DNA of 64,000 bases from Scyliorhinus canicula. Taxonomy: Eukaryota. Under the pieces are notes generated by a model that had not been told where the DNA came from, did not search any database, and saw nothing but the letters and a program-made list of their open reading frames with translations. Both the position numbers and the translations under genes were made by a program. Position 1 is the first letter of the stretch. The number at the start of each line of letters is the position of its first letter. The stretch spans positions 4,712,001 to 4,776,000 of the forward strand of contig NC_052168.1 in the NCBI RefSeq assembly GCF_902713615.1, read 5' to 3'. This document shows positions 25,381 to 39,090 of the stretch, one piece after another.

Positions 25381-27720
25381 AAGCTGGTACTACACCAGTC
25401 CCACGGGGAGGGCAATAATGGATTCCCCCCCTGTCCTCATCGGGGTGATGACCCCCTCGCCCACAAAGTCCGAAAGCTCCCCTTCAGCCGCCAATCGCAG
25501 GACCCGCCTGCGTCACTTCGCCCGAGACTGTGCTTCAGCTGACGGTGGTTCTGGGTTGCCCAGTGTGGGGTTGGCCAGTGTGGGGTTGGCCAGTGTGGGG
25601 TTGGCCAGTGTGGGGATGGCCAGTGTGGGTTGGCCATTGTGGGTTGGCCAGTGTGGGGATGGCCAGTGTGGGTTGGCCATTGTGGGTTGGCCAGTGTGGG
25701 GTTGGCCAGTGTGGGGTTGGCCAGTGTGGGGTTGGCCAGTGTGGGGTTGGCCAGTGTGGGGTTGGCCAGTGTGGGGTTGGCCAGTGTGGGATGGCCAGTG
25801 TGGGATGGCCAGTGTGGGATGGCCAGTGTGGGGTTGGCCAGTGTGGGTTGGCCAGTGTGGGGTTGGCCAGTATGGGTTGGCCAGTATGGGTTGGCCAGTG
25901 TGGGGTTGGCCGGTGTGAGTTGGCCAGTGTGGGTTGGCCAGTGTGAGTTGGCCATTGTGGGATGGCCAGTGTGAGTTGGCCAGTGTGGGTTGGCCAGTGT
26001 GGGGTTGGCCAGTGTGGGTTGGCCAGTGTGAGTTGGCCAGTGTGGGATGGCCAGTGTGGGATGGCCAGTGTGGGGTTGGCCAGTGTGGGTTGGCCAGTGT
26101 GGGTTGGCCAGTGTGGGTTGGCCAGTGTGGGGTTGGCCAGTGTGGGTTGGCCAGTGTGGGTTGGCCAGTGTGGGTTGGCCAGTGTGGGTTGGCCAGTGTG
26201 GGTTGGCCAGTGTGGGGATGGCCAGTGTGGGGATGGCCAGTGTGAGTTGGCCAGTGTGGGTTTGCCAGTGTGAGTTGGCCAGTGTGAGTTGGCCATTGTG
26301 GGTTGGCCAGTGTGGGGATGGCCAGTGTGGGGATGGCCAGTGTGGGGATGGCCAGTGTGGGTTGGCCAGTCTGCGTTGGCCAGTGTGGGTTGGCCATTGT
26401 GAGTTGGCCAGTGTGGGGTTGGCCAGTGTGCGATGGCCAGTGTGGGTTGGCCAGTGTGAGTTGGCCAGTGTGGGTTGTCCAGTGTGCGATGGCCAGCGTG
26501 GGTTGGCCAGTGTGAGTTGGCCAGTGTGGGTTGTCCAGTGTGCGATGGCCAGTGTGGGGTTGGCCAGTGTGGGGTGGCCAGTGTGGGGATGGCCAGTGTG
26601 GGTTGGCCAGTGTGGGGTTGGCCAGTGTGAGTTGGCCAGTGTGGGTTGGCCAGTGTGGGTTGGCCAGCGTAGGGTTGGCCAGTGTGGGGTTGGCCAGTGT
26701 GGGGTTGGCCAGTGTGGAGTTGGCCAGTGTGGGTTGGCCAGTGTGGGATGGCCAGTGTGGGTTGGCCAGTGTGGGTTGGCCAGTGTTTGTCAGTTCATCG
26801 ACTGCCTCTTCCCGTCCGACCTTCGAAATATCATTGCCGGGACCTCGGTCCCACACACGACATCGTCCGTCTCCACGAATATTTCTGTGGGCTCTGGGAT
26901 GTATGTAACAGGGCCCCCTGGTGGAGGGGCAGTTCTCGGCACATAGGGGCCAGCAAGGCCACCGTTTGGGCATCGTGTACTGCGGACTGCCGCTTCTCAA
27001 GGTGGGCCAAATGTTTCTGCTGAACTTCCCCCTGAACTTTAACCTTGCGTAGAAGACTGGTCCTGTTCTCTCCAGCGTGACACCTGGGAGCCAAAGTGCC
27101 CATCGCCATAGCTGCAGCATAGCCCACGTTCCCTGAGTGTAACCATCGCCCCGGTGTCCTCTGGTCATGGTGCCGTTTCTGTGCCTCCTGCTGAACATTA
27201 GCCTCCCTGCCGAGGTTTCGAAACGTGAGCCTCAATCGAGTTCTAAACTTTCGGCCCAGGAGCAGTTCTTCAGGAGCTGCCCCCATCGTCACGTGTGGCA
27301 TTGTGCGGTAGCTAAAAGTGAACCGCGCCAGTCGCGTGTCCCGTGGAGTCTGTGGTTTGCTTTTTTTATGCCTCTTTTTGAAAGTTTGGACCACCCTTTC
27401 TGCCGGACCGTTACAGAGAGATCCTACGCAGCGGTTCTGATGCCATTTCATTTACCAAAAGTGGCAAACTCCTCACTTGTGAAGGGAGTCCCATTGTCCG
27501 ATACCGGGACCTCAGAATTCCATGGGTGCTGAATGATCAGCTGGGGTTTTCGGGGCACTGGACGTTCCATACCCACACATTTCCCGATGGCGTGGGGGTG
27601 GCCCACAATGAGAAACCCCTTTGGGTGGCTGCAGGTATGGAGAATTCCGGTCCCCCCCGGGCGCACTAAAGCTCGGGGCAGTCGCAGTGGGGCAATGGAG
27701 GAAGGTCGCTGACGAAGATC
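25380..27720 (-). mobile_element. Inverted integrase / PPT / 3' LTR-start half of the Gypsy element
   Basis: Minus-strand VSDNGTPFTSEEF, NGPAERVVQTFK, SYRTMPHVTMGAAPEELLLGRKFRTRL; purine tract followed by gtcatcaccccgatg, resembling the 5' LTR start gtcatgaccccaatg. Confidence 0.8.
25553..26786. repeat. Tandem array, 14/15-bp unit ttggccagtgtggg(g)
   Basis: Directly visible; ~85 copies inside the inverted Gypsy half. Confidence 0.97.
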
Positions 27721-28797
27721 TCTCAGCCATTGTGAACTGAAGGATGGGGAATTCTATAAACCCCATCAGGCTCACATTGAATGTATACAATGAATATTAC
27801 AGGTATCACCATTGTATTGAAGCAGAACCATCTATGTAAATAACTTTGCACAGGGCAGCACGGTGGCGCAGTGGGTTAGCCGGCCCTTAACTTGGCCATT
27901 GTTGACAATATTCAGTGAATGAGAATTCCGAGAACTCTCCCTCCAGACATTTCTGAACAGACCCAACCCGTGTCTCCCAAACACCGCACTTATCAGTGAA
28001 ATGTCTGCCTGAATTCCTTCCCCTCAGTTCGTGTGTTGGTTGGATCACCTCGCATTCCTGCACATTGTTCGTTTTTAATCTCTTGCGGTTTGTTTGTCTC
28101 CTCCAGTTCCCTCTCGTCGCCCCCCCCCCCCCCCCCCCCCCCCCAGAGGTCACTGTCACTGACCCCTGCGGCTGCATAATGCCACACGGCCAGACATTCA
28201 ACAGCAGCCGTTCTTCACCCCGTGAGCTGACAACTACAGCATTGCATTTATATAGCATCCTGAACTTATAGGCCGGAGTTCCCCGGCCGTGGTATTCTCT
28301 GGTGCCGCCGGCAGCGCGCCCCCCCCCCGCCCAGCGGGTTTCCCGGCAGGGTAGGGCGGCTTCAATGGGAATTTCCAACGACGGCAACGGGAGCAGATAA
28401 TCCTGCCGCCTTCGAGTGGCACTCCACCTCCCGGCACCGGGAAACACGCGGCTGGGAGGTCGGAGCGTCGCGCCCAAGGTTAAACATCCCATGGCACAGC
28501 ACAGGAACGATTATCAAAACGATGCACCCCGCGCCCCAGGAGAAGACATTCGGACAGGTGACCAAAAGCTTGGCCAAGGCGGCTGGTTTTAACTTAAAGC
28601 AGGAGGGAGAGGTGGAGAATTGGAGATTGGCGGCACGGTGGCACAGTGGTTAGCACTGCTGCCTCACAGTGCCAGGGACCCGGGTTCAATTCCCGGCTTG
28701 GGTCACTGTCTGTGTGGAGTCTGCACTTCCTCCCCGTGTCTGCGTGGGTTTCCTCCGGGTGTTGTGGTTTCCTCCCACAGTCCAAAGACGTGCCGGT

Positions 28798-29199
28798 TGT
28801 CATAATATCCACTCATGTATATAATGAGATGCAGACAGGCAGTGATTGACACACAGGATGACCAGTGAACACACAGCTCAGAGCAGCCAATCACCAGACA
28901 GGACACTGCCACTATAAAGCCAGAGGGACGAGGTTTCCCGCTCTCTCGGGACCCAGCTACTGAGACAGTCAGAGTCCACTAGCTAGCAAGTGCAAACACC
29001 ACGCGGTAGTTAGTAAGTCTGGTCAGGCTAGTACAAGGTCTCCAGTCAGATCAGTATAGTGTCGACCCACAGCTGAATATGTATATCAGTTCTATAGTTG
29101 AATAAAACAGTGTTGGATCTTCTCCAGTGTTAAGACGTCTGTTTCTAACTTCCCTGCATCGAGTGCAGTCCACATCGAACCAACCTGCCTGACACATCA
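28798..29199 (+). mobile_element. Solo LTR inserted in a V-SINE
   Basis: TG...CA ends, TATA-like at 28912, AATAAA at 29101, flanks ccggt/ccggc. Confidence 0.8.
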
Positions 29200-32059
29200 C
29201 CGGCTAGGTGGGGTTACCAGGACAGGCCGGGGGTGTGGGCCTAGGTAGGGTGTTCCTTCAGAGGGTCGGTGCAGACTCGATGGGCCGAATGGTCTCCTTC
29301 TGCTGTATGGGGAATCTGTGGGCATGCGAAGACTGAAGATCCACACCATTCTGTGTGAGAGAATCACTCATATTTCGCAGCACTTGTGAAGAAATATTTT
29401 CCTCACCTCGATTGTAAATCTGCGCACCTGTCTATTCTGAAACTGTGAAGCATAACTCTAGATTCTTCAGCCGAGGGAAGCAGCCTCGAAGCATCTATCC
29501 TGTCACAGTTTCATCTGTCTCAATAGGATCGCTTTTCATTCTTCCAACTTCCAGAATACATGGGGCCATTTCAACCCAACCTCTCTTCAGAGAACAGTTT
29601 TCTTCTCATCCCCAGTAATCAGTCTAGTGACCTCGGTGGTGGCAAGGCCGTCATCCTATCTTCCTCCTTTACTTTGAATTAGAGCGCACACTGTACTTCG
29701 GCCTAGCAGGTCCTTGCCAGTGTTTAACCTCCACACGAACTGCCTCCCCCTTCATCTCACAGTGGTTAGCACAGTTGCTTCACAGCACTAGAGTCCCAGG
29801 TTCGATTCCCGACTCGGGTCACTGCCTGTGCGGAGTCTGCACGTTCTCCCCGTGTCTGCGTGGGTTTCCTCCGGGTGCTCCGGTTTCCTCCCACAGTCCA
29901 AAGATGTGCGGGTTAGGTGGATTGGCCGCGCTAAATTGCCCCTTAGTGTCCAAAAAGTCCCGAAAGACGTGCTTGTGAGGCGAATTGGACATTCTGGCTG
30001 GTTTAGCACACTGGGCTAAAGAGCTGGCTTTTAAATCAGACCAAGCAGGCCAGCAGCACGGTTCGATTCCCGTACCAGCCTCCCCGGACAGGCGCCGGAA
30101 TGTGGCGACTAGGGGCTTTTCACAGTAACTTCATTGAAGCCTACCCGTGACAATAAGCGATTTTCATTTTTTCATTTCATTCCCTCCGTGTACCCGAACA
30201 GGCGCCGGAGTGTGGCGACTAGGGGCTTTTCACAGTAACTTCATTGCAGTGTTAACGTAAGCCTACTTGTGGCAATAAAGATTATTATTATTAAAAGATT
30301 CTTTTTTTTTTTAATGAATGATTTTTATTGGATTTTTGAACAAAGTATATTTGCCGTTATGTACACGATGTACACAAAGGGAGAGGCGAAAAGAACAAAA
30401 AAACAGTAGCAACACGAGAGAAGTACAAAATCAAATAGTGTAACTGGTAGGGTATAATGCACCTGCCCAGCCACAGCAACTCTGTACACTTGGCAAAATT
30501 ATTTACACACTTAAGTAGGCATGGGGGGGGGGGGGGGGGGGGGGGGGAGTAGATAGACATTTGGGTGCCAGAGAGACAATTCCGGAGGATAACCCTCGAA
30601 TGGGTCTGGTGCTGGTGTTGCCCCCTTGCTCCTGGACGTATTTCGCTGCTGTTGTTGTCTCGTGCTCGCTACCGCTTCAGCTGGCCCTCCCGTCTTCCGC
30701 CTGATTTCTCCTGTGGATTAAAAGATTATTATTATCCTTCCATTCCTCTCCCCAGCTGCCCCCTTAAATGTATCTCCCGTTATTCGCCTCAACCACTCCA
30801 TATTCTCACCGCTCTCTGGGTAAAGACGTTTCTCCTGAATTCCCGATTGGATTTACTTACGACTGCTTTATATTTGTGAGTCTTGTGGTTTCTGTTTCTA
30901 CATAGAAATATTTCATAGAATGTTCATAGAATTTACAGTGCAGAAGGAGGCCATTCGGCCCATCGAGTCTGCACCGGCCCTTGGAAAGAGCACCCTACCC
31001 AAGGTCAACACCTCCACCCTATCCCCATAACCCAGTAACCCCACCCAACACTAAGGGCAATTTTGGACACCAAGGGCAATTTATCATGGCCAATCCACCT
31101 AACCTGCACATCTTTGGACTGTGGGAGGAAACCGGAGCACCCGGAGGAAACCCACGCACACACGGGGAGGATGTGCAGACTCCGCACAGACAGTGACCCA
31201 AGCCGGAATCGAACCTGGGACCCTGGAGCTGTGAAGCAATTGTGCTGTCCACAATGCTACCGTGCTGCCTCGATTGAAGCCTTTCATGGTCTTAGAGATC
31301 TGTCGGCACGCTCTGCCTTCTATTCCTGGGGAACGGAGCCCCGCACTGTTCAGCCTTTCCCGACACAATGCACTGTCTTTCCAAACTCCCACATGAGAAG
31401 AGGATGGGAGGAGCAATGGGGAAATGTTAATGGGACTTAAGCCGCAGAAAGAAGATTATAGCGATCTCCTCAAGGTGAATAAAATGCTAACTGATGCGGA
31501 TGATGCAAGCACAGGAGATTACTTCAAGTTGAAAGAGGAAAGTGAAAAGAGACGATGCAACGCCGATTCAGACAGACGTTAGATCATGGATCATAGAATT
31601 TACAGTGCAGAAGGAGGCCATTTGGCCCTTTGAGTCTGCACTGGCCCTTGGAAAGAGCACCCTATCCAAGCCCATCACTCTATCCCCGTACCCCAGTAAC
31701 CCCAACCAACATTTTTGGAGACTAAGGGCAATTTAGCGCGGCCAATCCACCTAACCTGCACACCTTCGGGTTGTGGGAGGAAACCGGAGCACCCGGAGGA
31801 AACCCACGCACACACGGGGAGAACGTGCAGACTCCGCACAGACAGTGACCCAAGCCGGGAATCGAACCTGGGATCCTGGAGCTGTGAAGCAACAGTGCTA
31901 ACCACCGTGCTGCCCGCAGGAAGATCTAATTTACTGGGAGCGTTATCTTTGGTGTTGGACTGAGGGCAGATGTTATCTCCAGTCCCACACTCACCAGGGA
32001 AGCGTAGCCGAGGTGGTTTTCCATTGCCTTGCTTGTTGGTGGTTTAATACCACATCGCA

Positions 32060-32745
32060 TAATAAGACCATAAGACATAGAAGCAGAATTAGGCCACTTG
32101 GCCCATCGAGTCTGCTCCGCCATCCAATCATGACTGATACTTTTCTCATCCCCATTCTCCTGCCGTCTCCCCAGAACCTCTGATCCCCTTATTAATCAAG
32201 AACCTATCTATCTCCGTCTTAAAGACACTCAGTGATTTGGCCTCCACAGTCTTCTGCGGCAAAGAGTTCCACAGATTCACCACCCTCTGGCTGAAGAAAT
32301 TCTTCCTCATCTCTGTTTTAAAGGATCGTCCCTTTAGTCTGAGGTTGTGCCTCGGGTTCTAGTTTTTCCTACAAGTGGAAACATCTTCTCCACGTCCGCT
32401 CTATCCAGGCCTCGCAGTATCCTGTAAGTTTCAATGAGATCCCCCCTCATCCTTCTAAACTCCCAACGAGTACAGACCCAGAGTCCTCAACCGTTCCTCA
32501 TACGACAAGCTCTTCATTCCAGGGATCATTCTTGTGAACCTCCTCTGGGTCCTTTCCAAGGCCCCAGCACATCCTTCCTTAGATACGAGGCCCGAAAACT
32601 GCTCACAATACCCCAAGTGAGGGCTGACCAGAGCCTTGTACAGCCTCAGAAGTACATCCCTGCTCTTGTATTCCAGCCCTCTCGACATGAATGCTAACAT
32701 TGCATTTGCCTTCCTAACTGCCGACTGAATCTGCACATTAACCTC
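32060..32745 (-). mobile_element. CR1 LINE 3' fragment
   Basis: AVRKANAMLAFMSRGLEYKSRDVLLRLYKALV...RRFTRMIPG. Confidence 0.9.
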
Positions 32746-34104
32746 AAGAGCTCGCTGATAGTCCGGAGGGGAGCTCTGCCGGGATGGAGAGCATCCATTC
32801 CTCTGTGTCCCGGCCTGGTTGGGTTACCTTTGGAGTTTGCATACCTGGAGGCGGTCAAGAACACCAATAGGGGGCGGCACGGTGGCACAGTGGTTAGCAT
32901 TGCTGCCTACGGCGCTGAGGACCTGGGTTCGAATCCCGGCCCTGGGTCACTGTCCGTGTGGAGTTTGCACATTCTCCCCGTGTCTGCGTGGGTTTCACCC
33001 CCACAACCCAAAGATGTGCAGGATAGGTGGATTGGCTATGCTAAATTGCCCCTTAATTGGAAAAAATTATTGGGTACTCTAAATTTATTTTTAAAAAAAA
33101 GAACACCAATAGGGAATCGGTGGAAGGGTTCTACCTGAGATGGTGGCATTTATCTTATACTTAGTTACGATCAGCTGTTGGGGGAGGGGGGGGGGAGAAG
33201 GGTGTAGTCGTGGGGCTGGGGGGGGGTTAATGAGTGCTGCTTTTATTTTGTGTTATTAATGCCATAAATGTATCCTGTATCAGCCGTTGTTTGAGCTGGG
33301 TGGAAGGTGAGGTCGTGTTTGTTATCTATGGGGGTAGCACGGCGGCGCAGTGGTTAGCACTGCTGCCTCACGGCGCCGAGGTCCCAGGTTCCATCCCAGC
33401 CCCGGGTCACTGTCCGTGTGGAGTTTGCACATTCTCCCCGTGTCTGCGTGGGTCTCACCCCCACAACACAAAGATATGGGGCAGCACGGGTAGCATTGTG
33501 GATAGCACAATTGCTTCACAGCTCCGGGGTCCCAGGTTTGATTCCGGCTTGGGTCACTGTCTGTGTGGAGTTTGCACATTCTCCCCGTGTCTGAGTGGGT
33601 CTCACCCCCACAACCCAAAAATGTGAATGCTAGGTGAATTTTCACAAAATGTGTGGGGCTTTTCACAGTAACTTCATTGAAGCCAATAACGATTATTCTT
33701 CTTCTTATTATTATTATTATTATTAATTGGCCATGCTAAATTGTCCCTTAAGCGGAAGAGAAAGCCTATGAAGAATCTTAAACAAAATATTTTTTTTTTT
33801 TAAAAGGGAGTAGAGAGGCGGCGAGGTTGACGGAGGGAATGCGGAGTTTCGGGGTGAGATTCTCTGGCGTACGCGTGGCGCGATTCTCGGTCAATGCGAT
33901 CTTCTGTCCCACCGCTGACGATGCGGTTTCCTATCGTATCCACCGCAGCCGTCGGCAGACCCACGGCGAGGGAAGATTCCCCCGCCTGAAGATCTCACCC
34001 TGGGATTCAGGCAGCTGAAGACCCGGGAATGGTGGAGACAATTAAATTTAGAGGTATTGCCCCGAAATTACCTCAGGCCCTTGCATCCTCACGTTACAAC
34101 CCGC

Positions 34105-35056
34105 TGTAGAAGCCAACTGTTTTCTAATAGGTAAAAGATAGCTAAATATTAAGCCCCAGTTTTACACATTTTAAATTAAGGATTTCAGCACTCTCATAAC
34201 TTCAGATCGTCTCAAAACATACACCTTACAAAACAGCATGACACCGCATAATTCACTTTACTAAGCTCCATTATTCTAGCAAGAGAGTGCAGCATAAAAA
34301 CACATACTTCAACAGAAACACAGAAGAACCTGATACACGCAAAAGCAGTAAAGATTAAAAGAAACATTTTGACTGAACTAATAAATATATTTTCCAAGAC
34401 CGTGTCCAAGGACAGGGCAGACTCCATAGCAACAGCATAGCAACGGCACAGTAGCTTGAAGGCGCTATTGTTATAACAGTTAAGTCAGCAAGAGACGCGT
34501 TCAAGCTGGTCGGGATAACAGCACTGTATCGCATTCCTTAACATATACAAGTAGGCAGACCCGAAACAATTAAAACTAATGTTGCACATACAAGACAGAC
34601 AGCTAACCATCAAATCAAACTCAGTGATTTTAACCCAAACCAATTAGGATTACATAGGGGTGTAGATAGATGGCTAAAGGCTGATATGATTTAGTATAAC
34701 CGTGATAGTCCGTACGGCCATCTTTATCCTGGATAATTCTATACTTTGATCTAAACTATTCTCTATCTCTATATTTTCACTTTTCCACTCTAACTCTTGA
34801 AGTAAATGTAAGCTGTTTGCTGTAAGTAAGAAAATCATTTCTGTACCATTTGAAAGTTAAATTGTGTTCGAATTACTTCTCTTTGAGTCCTTTTGATTGC
34901 CGGACTTATTACAGAATAAGATTGAAGTGATTGTCAATTGTGATCAAATAGAAGACAATAAACGATTCTTATTTGCACCCGAGAAGTGTTAATTCAAATT
35001 TCTACTGAGTTTTAGTGTTCGCGAGTGCCACTAGATCCGCATGGTAGATCGCTACA
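34105..35056. mobile_element. 952-bp solo LTR
   Basis: TGTAG...CTACA ends, perfect CCCGC target-site duplication. Confidence 0.8.
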
Positions 35057-35162
35057 CCCGCACGGGTCTTACGGAGTTGGGATGATTAACTACCCCGCGG
35101 AATATGAGCACTTCTGATAGGGACCGTTAACAATCTCTGGATGTGTCAATAGAGACGGCCAG

Positions 35163-35465
35163 TGTGGTGAATGTGATTCACACCGGATTATAATCTGTAT
35201 ATACATGTGTCTATATTGTAAGTGCAGTTGCACCACCTGACCACCAGGGGGAGTAGCTCTGGGAATGCTCGAGTTGTACGGGGCTTCTCCCTTGGCTCTG
35301 CCCAGGACTCCTCCCCCTGGAGCTGCTGTATAAAGATCAGTGCCACATGACAGCCGGCCAGTTCACCGAAAGTTCAATGGCTAACAGGCTGGCTCTGTTG
35401 TGAGTATATTAAAACCGCTATTCTAATCCTACAAGCACGTGTCCGTAGAATTGTTGGTTCCAACA
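35163..35465 (+). mobile_element. Solo LTR
   Basis: TGTGG...CAACA, perfect GCCAG TSD, TATAAA and ATTAAA inside. Confidence 0.85.
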
Positions 35466-35583
35466 GCCAGTAAGGCACTGACTGGAGAAGACCCAGTGGG
35501 GAACCACTGGAGCTGTACATAATAGTAATTGTAAAGTAAGGTCAGCTTTTGTTCCGGCCTATTCCGTGTGGGCTCTTTGTTGC

Positions 35584-35837
35584 TGATGTACCATCGATTG
35601 TACGCGAGGCGAGTGATTTACCAAAGTCTGGCTTTAATTGACTAGAACACAGCTCTGCGATCGTCTACAGTGGAAAGGGACGATCGTCAGGCGTCTGAGC
35701 ATTTATACCTCGTTAATAGAGGCGTGGTTAACTCAGCCTCTCGGCCAATCGGGCGAGAGGCACATGACCGACCAGGGCCAATGGTAAGCCGCCGTTCTGG
35801 CCCAATGGCAGACGAGTATGCAGATCATATCACCACA
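35584..35837 (-). mobile_element. Solo LTR
   Basis: TGATG...CCACA, perfect GTTGC TSD. Confidence 0.85.
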
Positions 35838-36559
35838 GTTGCCCTGACAAAACCTGAAGTAAAGAGCGAAAAACACCCTGACTCACCCAACCCTGATATT
35901 TGTGATCTTTGATCTGTTTTGCACCATTACTCAGAGAAGGCAATCTTTATCCCACAGTCTGAGACTGGAATATTTGACCATGTTTATCGTTATTTATATG
36001 AGTCTGATATGAAGAAAGGAAGAAACTAAGATGTCCAGTTCTGAGTGTTCGGGAAGTCGAACGTGATTGGTGGGGTGCGAGGTAGTCACCGAGCTAATCC
36101 AAACGCTTGTTTCTCAGGGTATTTGCCGCTTCTGACAAACCCCCACCGCCTCGCTGACCGTTTAGCGTGAAATCAATGGGATGATTTACCCGCTGCTGAC
36201 CACACCGCCCCGGGACACGGGATACCAGCCTTCTGCACAAAGGGTCCAGTCAGGACCATTCAGCAGCTGGTGAACCCAGCCAAAGTGAGCCGGAGTTCTC
36301 CGGAAGTTGGGATTCTCCAATCCCGCCAGCAGCGCATTCCCGCCCACGGGTATCCCGGCGACGTGGTGTAGCGTCAATGGGAAATGCCAACAACGCGCAG
36401 CTGGCGAACACACGGCAGCGTAGGCAGAGAATCCAGCCCGTGATATTCTATTATCCTGCTGTGTACTACGATAAGAGACCATCCCTGTCTGGATAATGGG
36501 GGGAGAGGGGGGTGGGATCCGAGCGTGTTGGTCATGTCATCTCAAGTTCATATTTGTAG

Positions 36560-39090
36560 GACTGGTGCCTCTCAGTCCTCTCTCTCTCTCAGGGAGATAT
36601 CTGTACATTGACTGGTGTCTCTCAGTCCCCTCTCTCAGGGAGATATCTGTACACTGACTGGTGTCTCTCAGTCCCCTCTCTCTCTCAGGGAGATATCTGT
36701 ACATTGACTGGTGTCTCTCAGTCCCCTCTCTCTCTCAGGGAGATATCTGTACACTGACTGGTGTCTCTCAGTCCGATCTCTCTCTCTCAGGGAGATATCT
36801 GTACACTGACTGGTGTCTCTCAGTCCCCTCTCTCTCAGGGAGATATCTGTACACTGACTGGTGTCTCTCAGTCCCCTCTCTCTCTCAGGGAGATATCTGT
36901 ACACTGACTGGTGTCTCTCAGTCCCCCTCTCTCTCAGGGAGATATCTGTACACTGACTGGTGTCTCTCAGTCCCCTCTCTCTCTCAGGGAGATATCTGTA
37001 CACTGACTGGTGTCTCTCAGTCCCCTCTCTCTCTCAGGGAGATATCTGTGCACTGACTGGTGTCTCTCAGTCCCCTCTCTCTCAGGGAGATATCTGTACA
37101 CTGACTGGTGTCTCTCAGTCCCCTCTCTGTCTCAGGGAGATATCTGTACACTGACTGGTGTCTCTCAGTCCCCTCTCTCTCAGGGAGATATCTGTACACT
37201 GACTGGTGTCTCTCAGTCCCCTCTCTCAGGGAGATATCTGTACACTGACTGGTGTCTCTCAGTTCCCTCTCTCTCTCTCTCTCTCTCAGGGAGATATCTG
37301 TACACTGACTGGTGTCTCTCAGTCCCCTCTCTCTCTCAGGAAGATATCTGTACACTGACTGGTGTCTCTCAGTCCCTCTCTCTCACAGGGATATATCTGT
37401 AAACTGACTTGTGTATCTCAGTCCCCTCTCTTTCTCTTTCTCTCAGGGAGATATCTGTACACTGACTAATGTCGCTCAGTCCCCTCTCTCTCAGGGAGAT
37501 ATCTGTACACTGACTTGTGTCTCTCAGTCCCCTCTCTCTCTCAGGGAGATATCTGTACACTGACTGGTGTCTCTCAGTCCCCTCTCTCTCTCAGGGAGAT
37601 ATCTGTACACTGACTTGTGTCTCTCAGTCCCCTCTCTCTCTCAGGGAGATATCTGTACACTGACTGGTGTCTCTCAGTCCCCTCTCTCTCTCAGGGAGAT
37701 ATCTGTACACTGACTGGTGTCTCTCAGTCCCCTCTCTCTCTCAGGAAGATATCTGTACACTGACTGGTGTCTCTCAGTCCCTCTCTCTCTCAGGGATATA
37801 TCTGTAAACTGACTTGTGTATCTCAGTCCCCTCTCTTTCTCTTTATCTCAGGGAGATATCTGTACACTGACTAATGTCGCTCAGTCCCCTCTCTCTCAGG
37901 AAGATATCTGTACACTGACTGGTGTCTCTCAGTCCCTCTCTCTCTCAGGGATATATCTGTAAACTGACTTGTGTATCTCAGTCCCCTCTCTTTCTCTTTC
38001 TCTCAGGGAGATATCTGTACACTGACTAATGTCGCTCAGTCCCCTCTCTCTCAGGATGATATCTGTACACTGACTGGTGTCTCTCAGTCCCCTCTCTCTC
38101 AGGGGGATATCTGTACACTGACTGGTGTCTCTCATCCCGTTTCTCTCTCAGGGGGATATCTGTCCACTGACTGGTGTCTCTCAGTCCCCTCTCTCTCAAG
38201 GAGTTATCTGTACACTGACTGGTGTCTCTCAGTCCCCTCTCTCTCAGGAATATATCTGTACACTGACTGGTGTCTCTCAGTCCTCTCTCTGTGAGGGATA
38301 TATCTGTAAACTGACTTGTGTATCTCAGTCCCCTCTCTTTCTCTTTCTCTCAGGGAGATATCTGTAAACTGACTAGTGTCTCTCAGTCCCCCCTCTTTCA
38401 GGGAGATGTCTGTGCACTGACTGGTGTATCTCAGTCCCCCCTCTCTCTCTCAGGGAGATATCTGTACACTGACTGGTGTCTCTCAGTCCCCTCTCTCTCA
38501 GGGAGATATCTGTACACTGACTGGTGTCTCTCAGTCCCCTCTCTCTCTCAGGGAGATATCTGTACACTGACTGTTGTCTCTCAGTCCCCTCTCTCTCTCA
38601 GGGAGATATCTGTACACTGACTGGTGTCCCTCAGTCCCCTCTCTCTCACAGGGAGATATCTGTACACTGACTGGTGTCTCTCAGTCCCCTCTCTCTCTCT
38701 CAGGGAGATATCTGTACACTGACTGTTGTCTCTCAGTCCCCTCTCTCTCTCAGGGAGATATCTGTTCACTGACTGGTGTCTCTCAGTCCCCTCTCTCTCA
38801 CAGGGAGATATCTGTACACTGACTGGCGTCTCTCAGTCCCCCCCTCTCTCTCAGGGAGATATCTGTACACTGACTGGTGTCTCTCAGTCCCTTCTCTCTC
38901 TCAGGGAGATATCTGTGCACTGACTGGTGTCTCTCAGTCCCGTCTCTTTCTCAGGGAGATATCTGTACACTGACTGGTGTCTCAGTCCCCTCTCTCTCAG
39001 GGAGATATCTGTACACTGACTGGTGTCTCTCAGTCCCCTCTCTCTCAGGGAGATACCTGTACACTGACTGGTGTCTCTCAGTCCCTTCTC
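36560..39090. repeat. Minisatellite, ~48-50-bp unit with a variable (CT)n tract
   Basis: cagggagatatctgtacactgactggtgtctctcagtcccctct(ct)n. Confidence 0.97.

Noticed and set aside
25418-27198. Long WP/GQ-repeat ORFs (up to 561 aa)
   Set aside because: Artefact of the 14/15-bp array inside a dead retroelement
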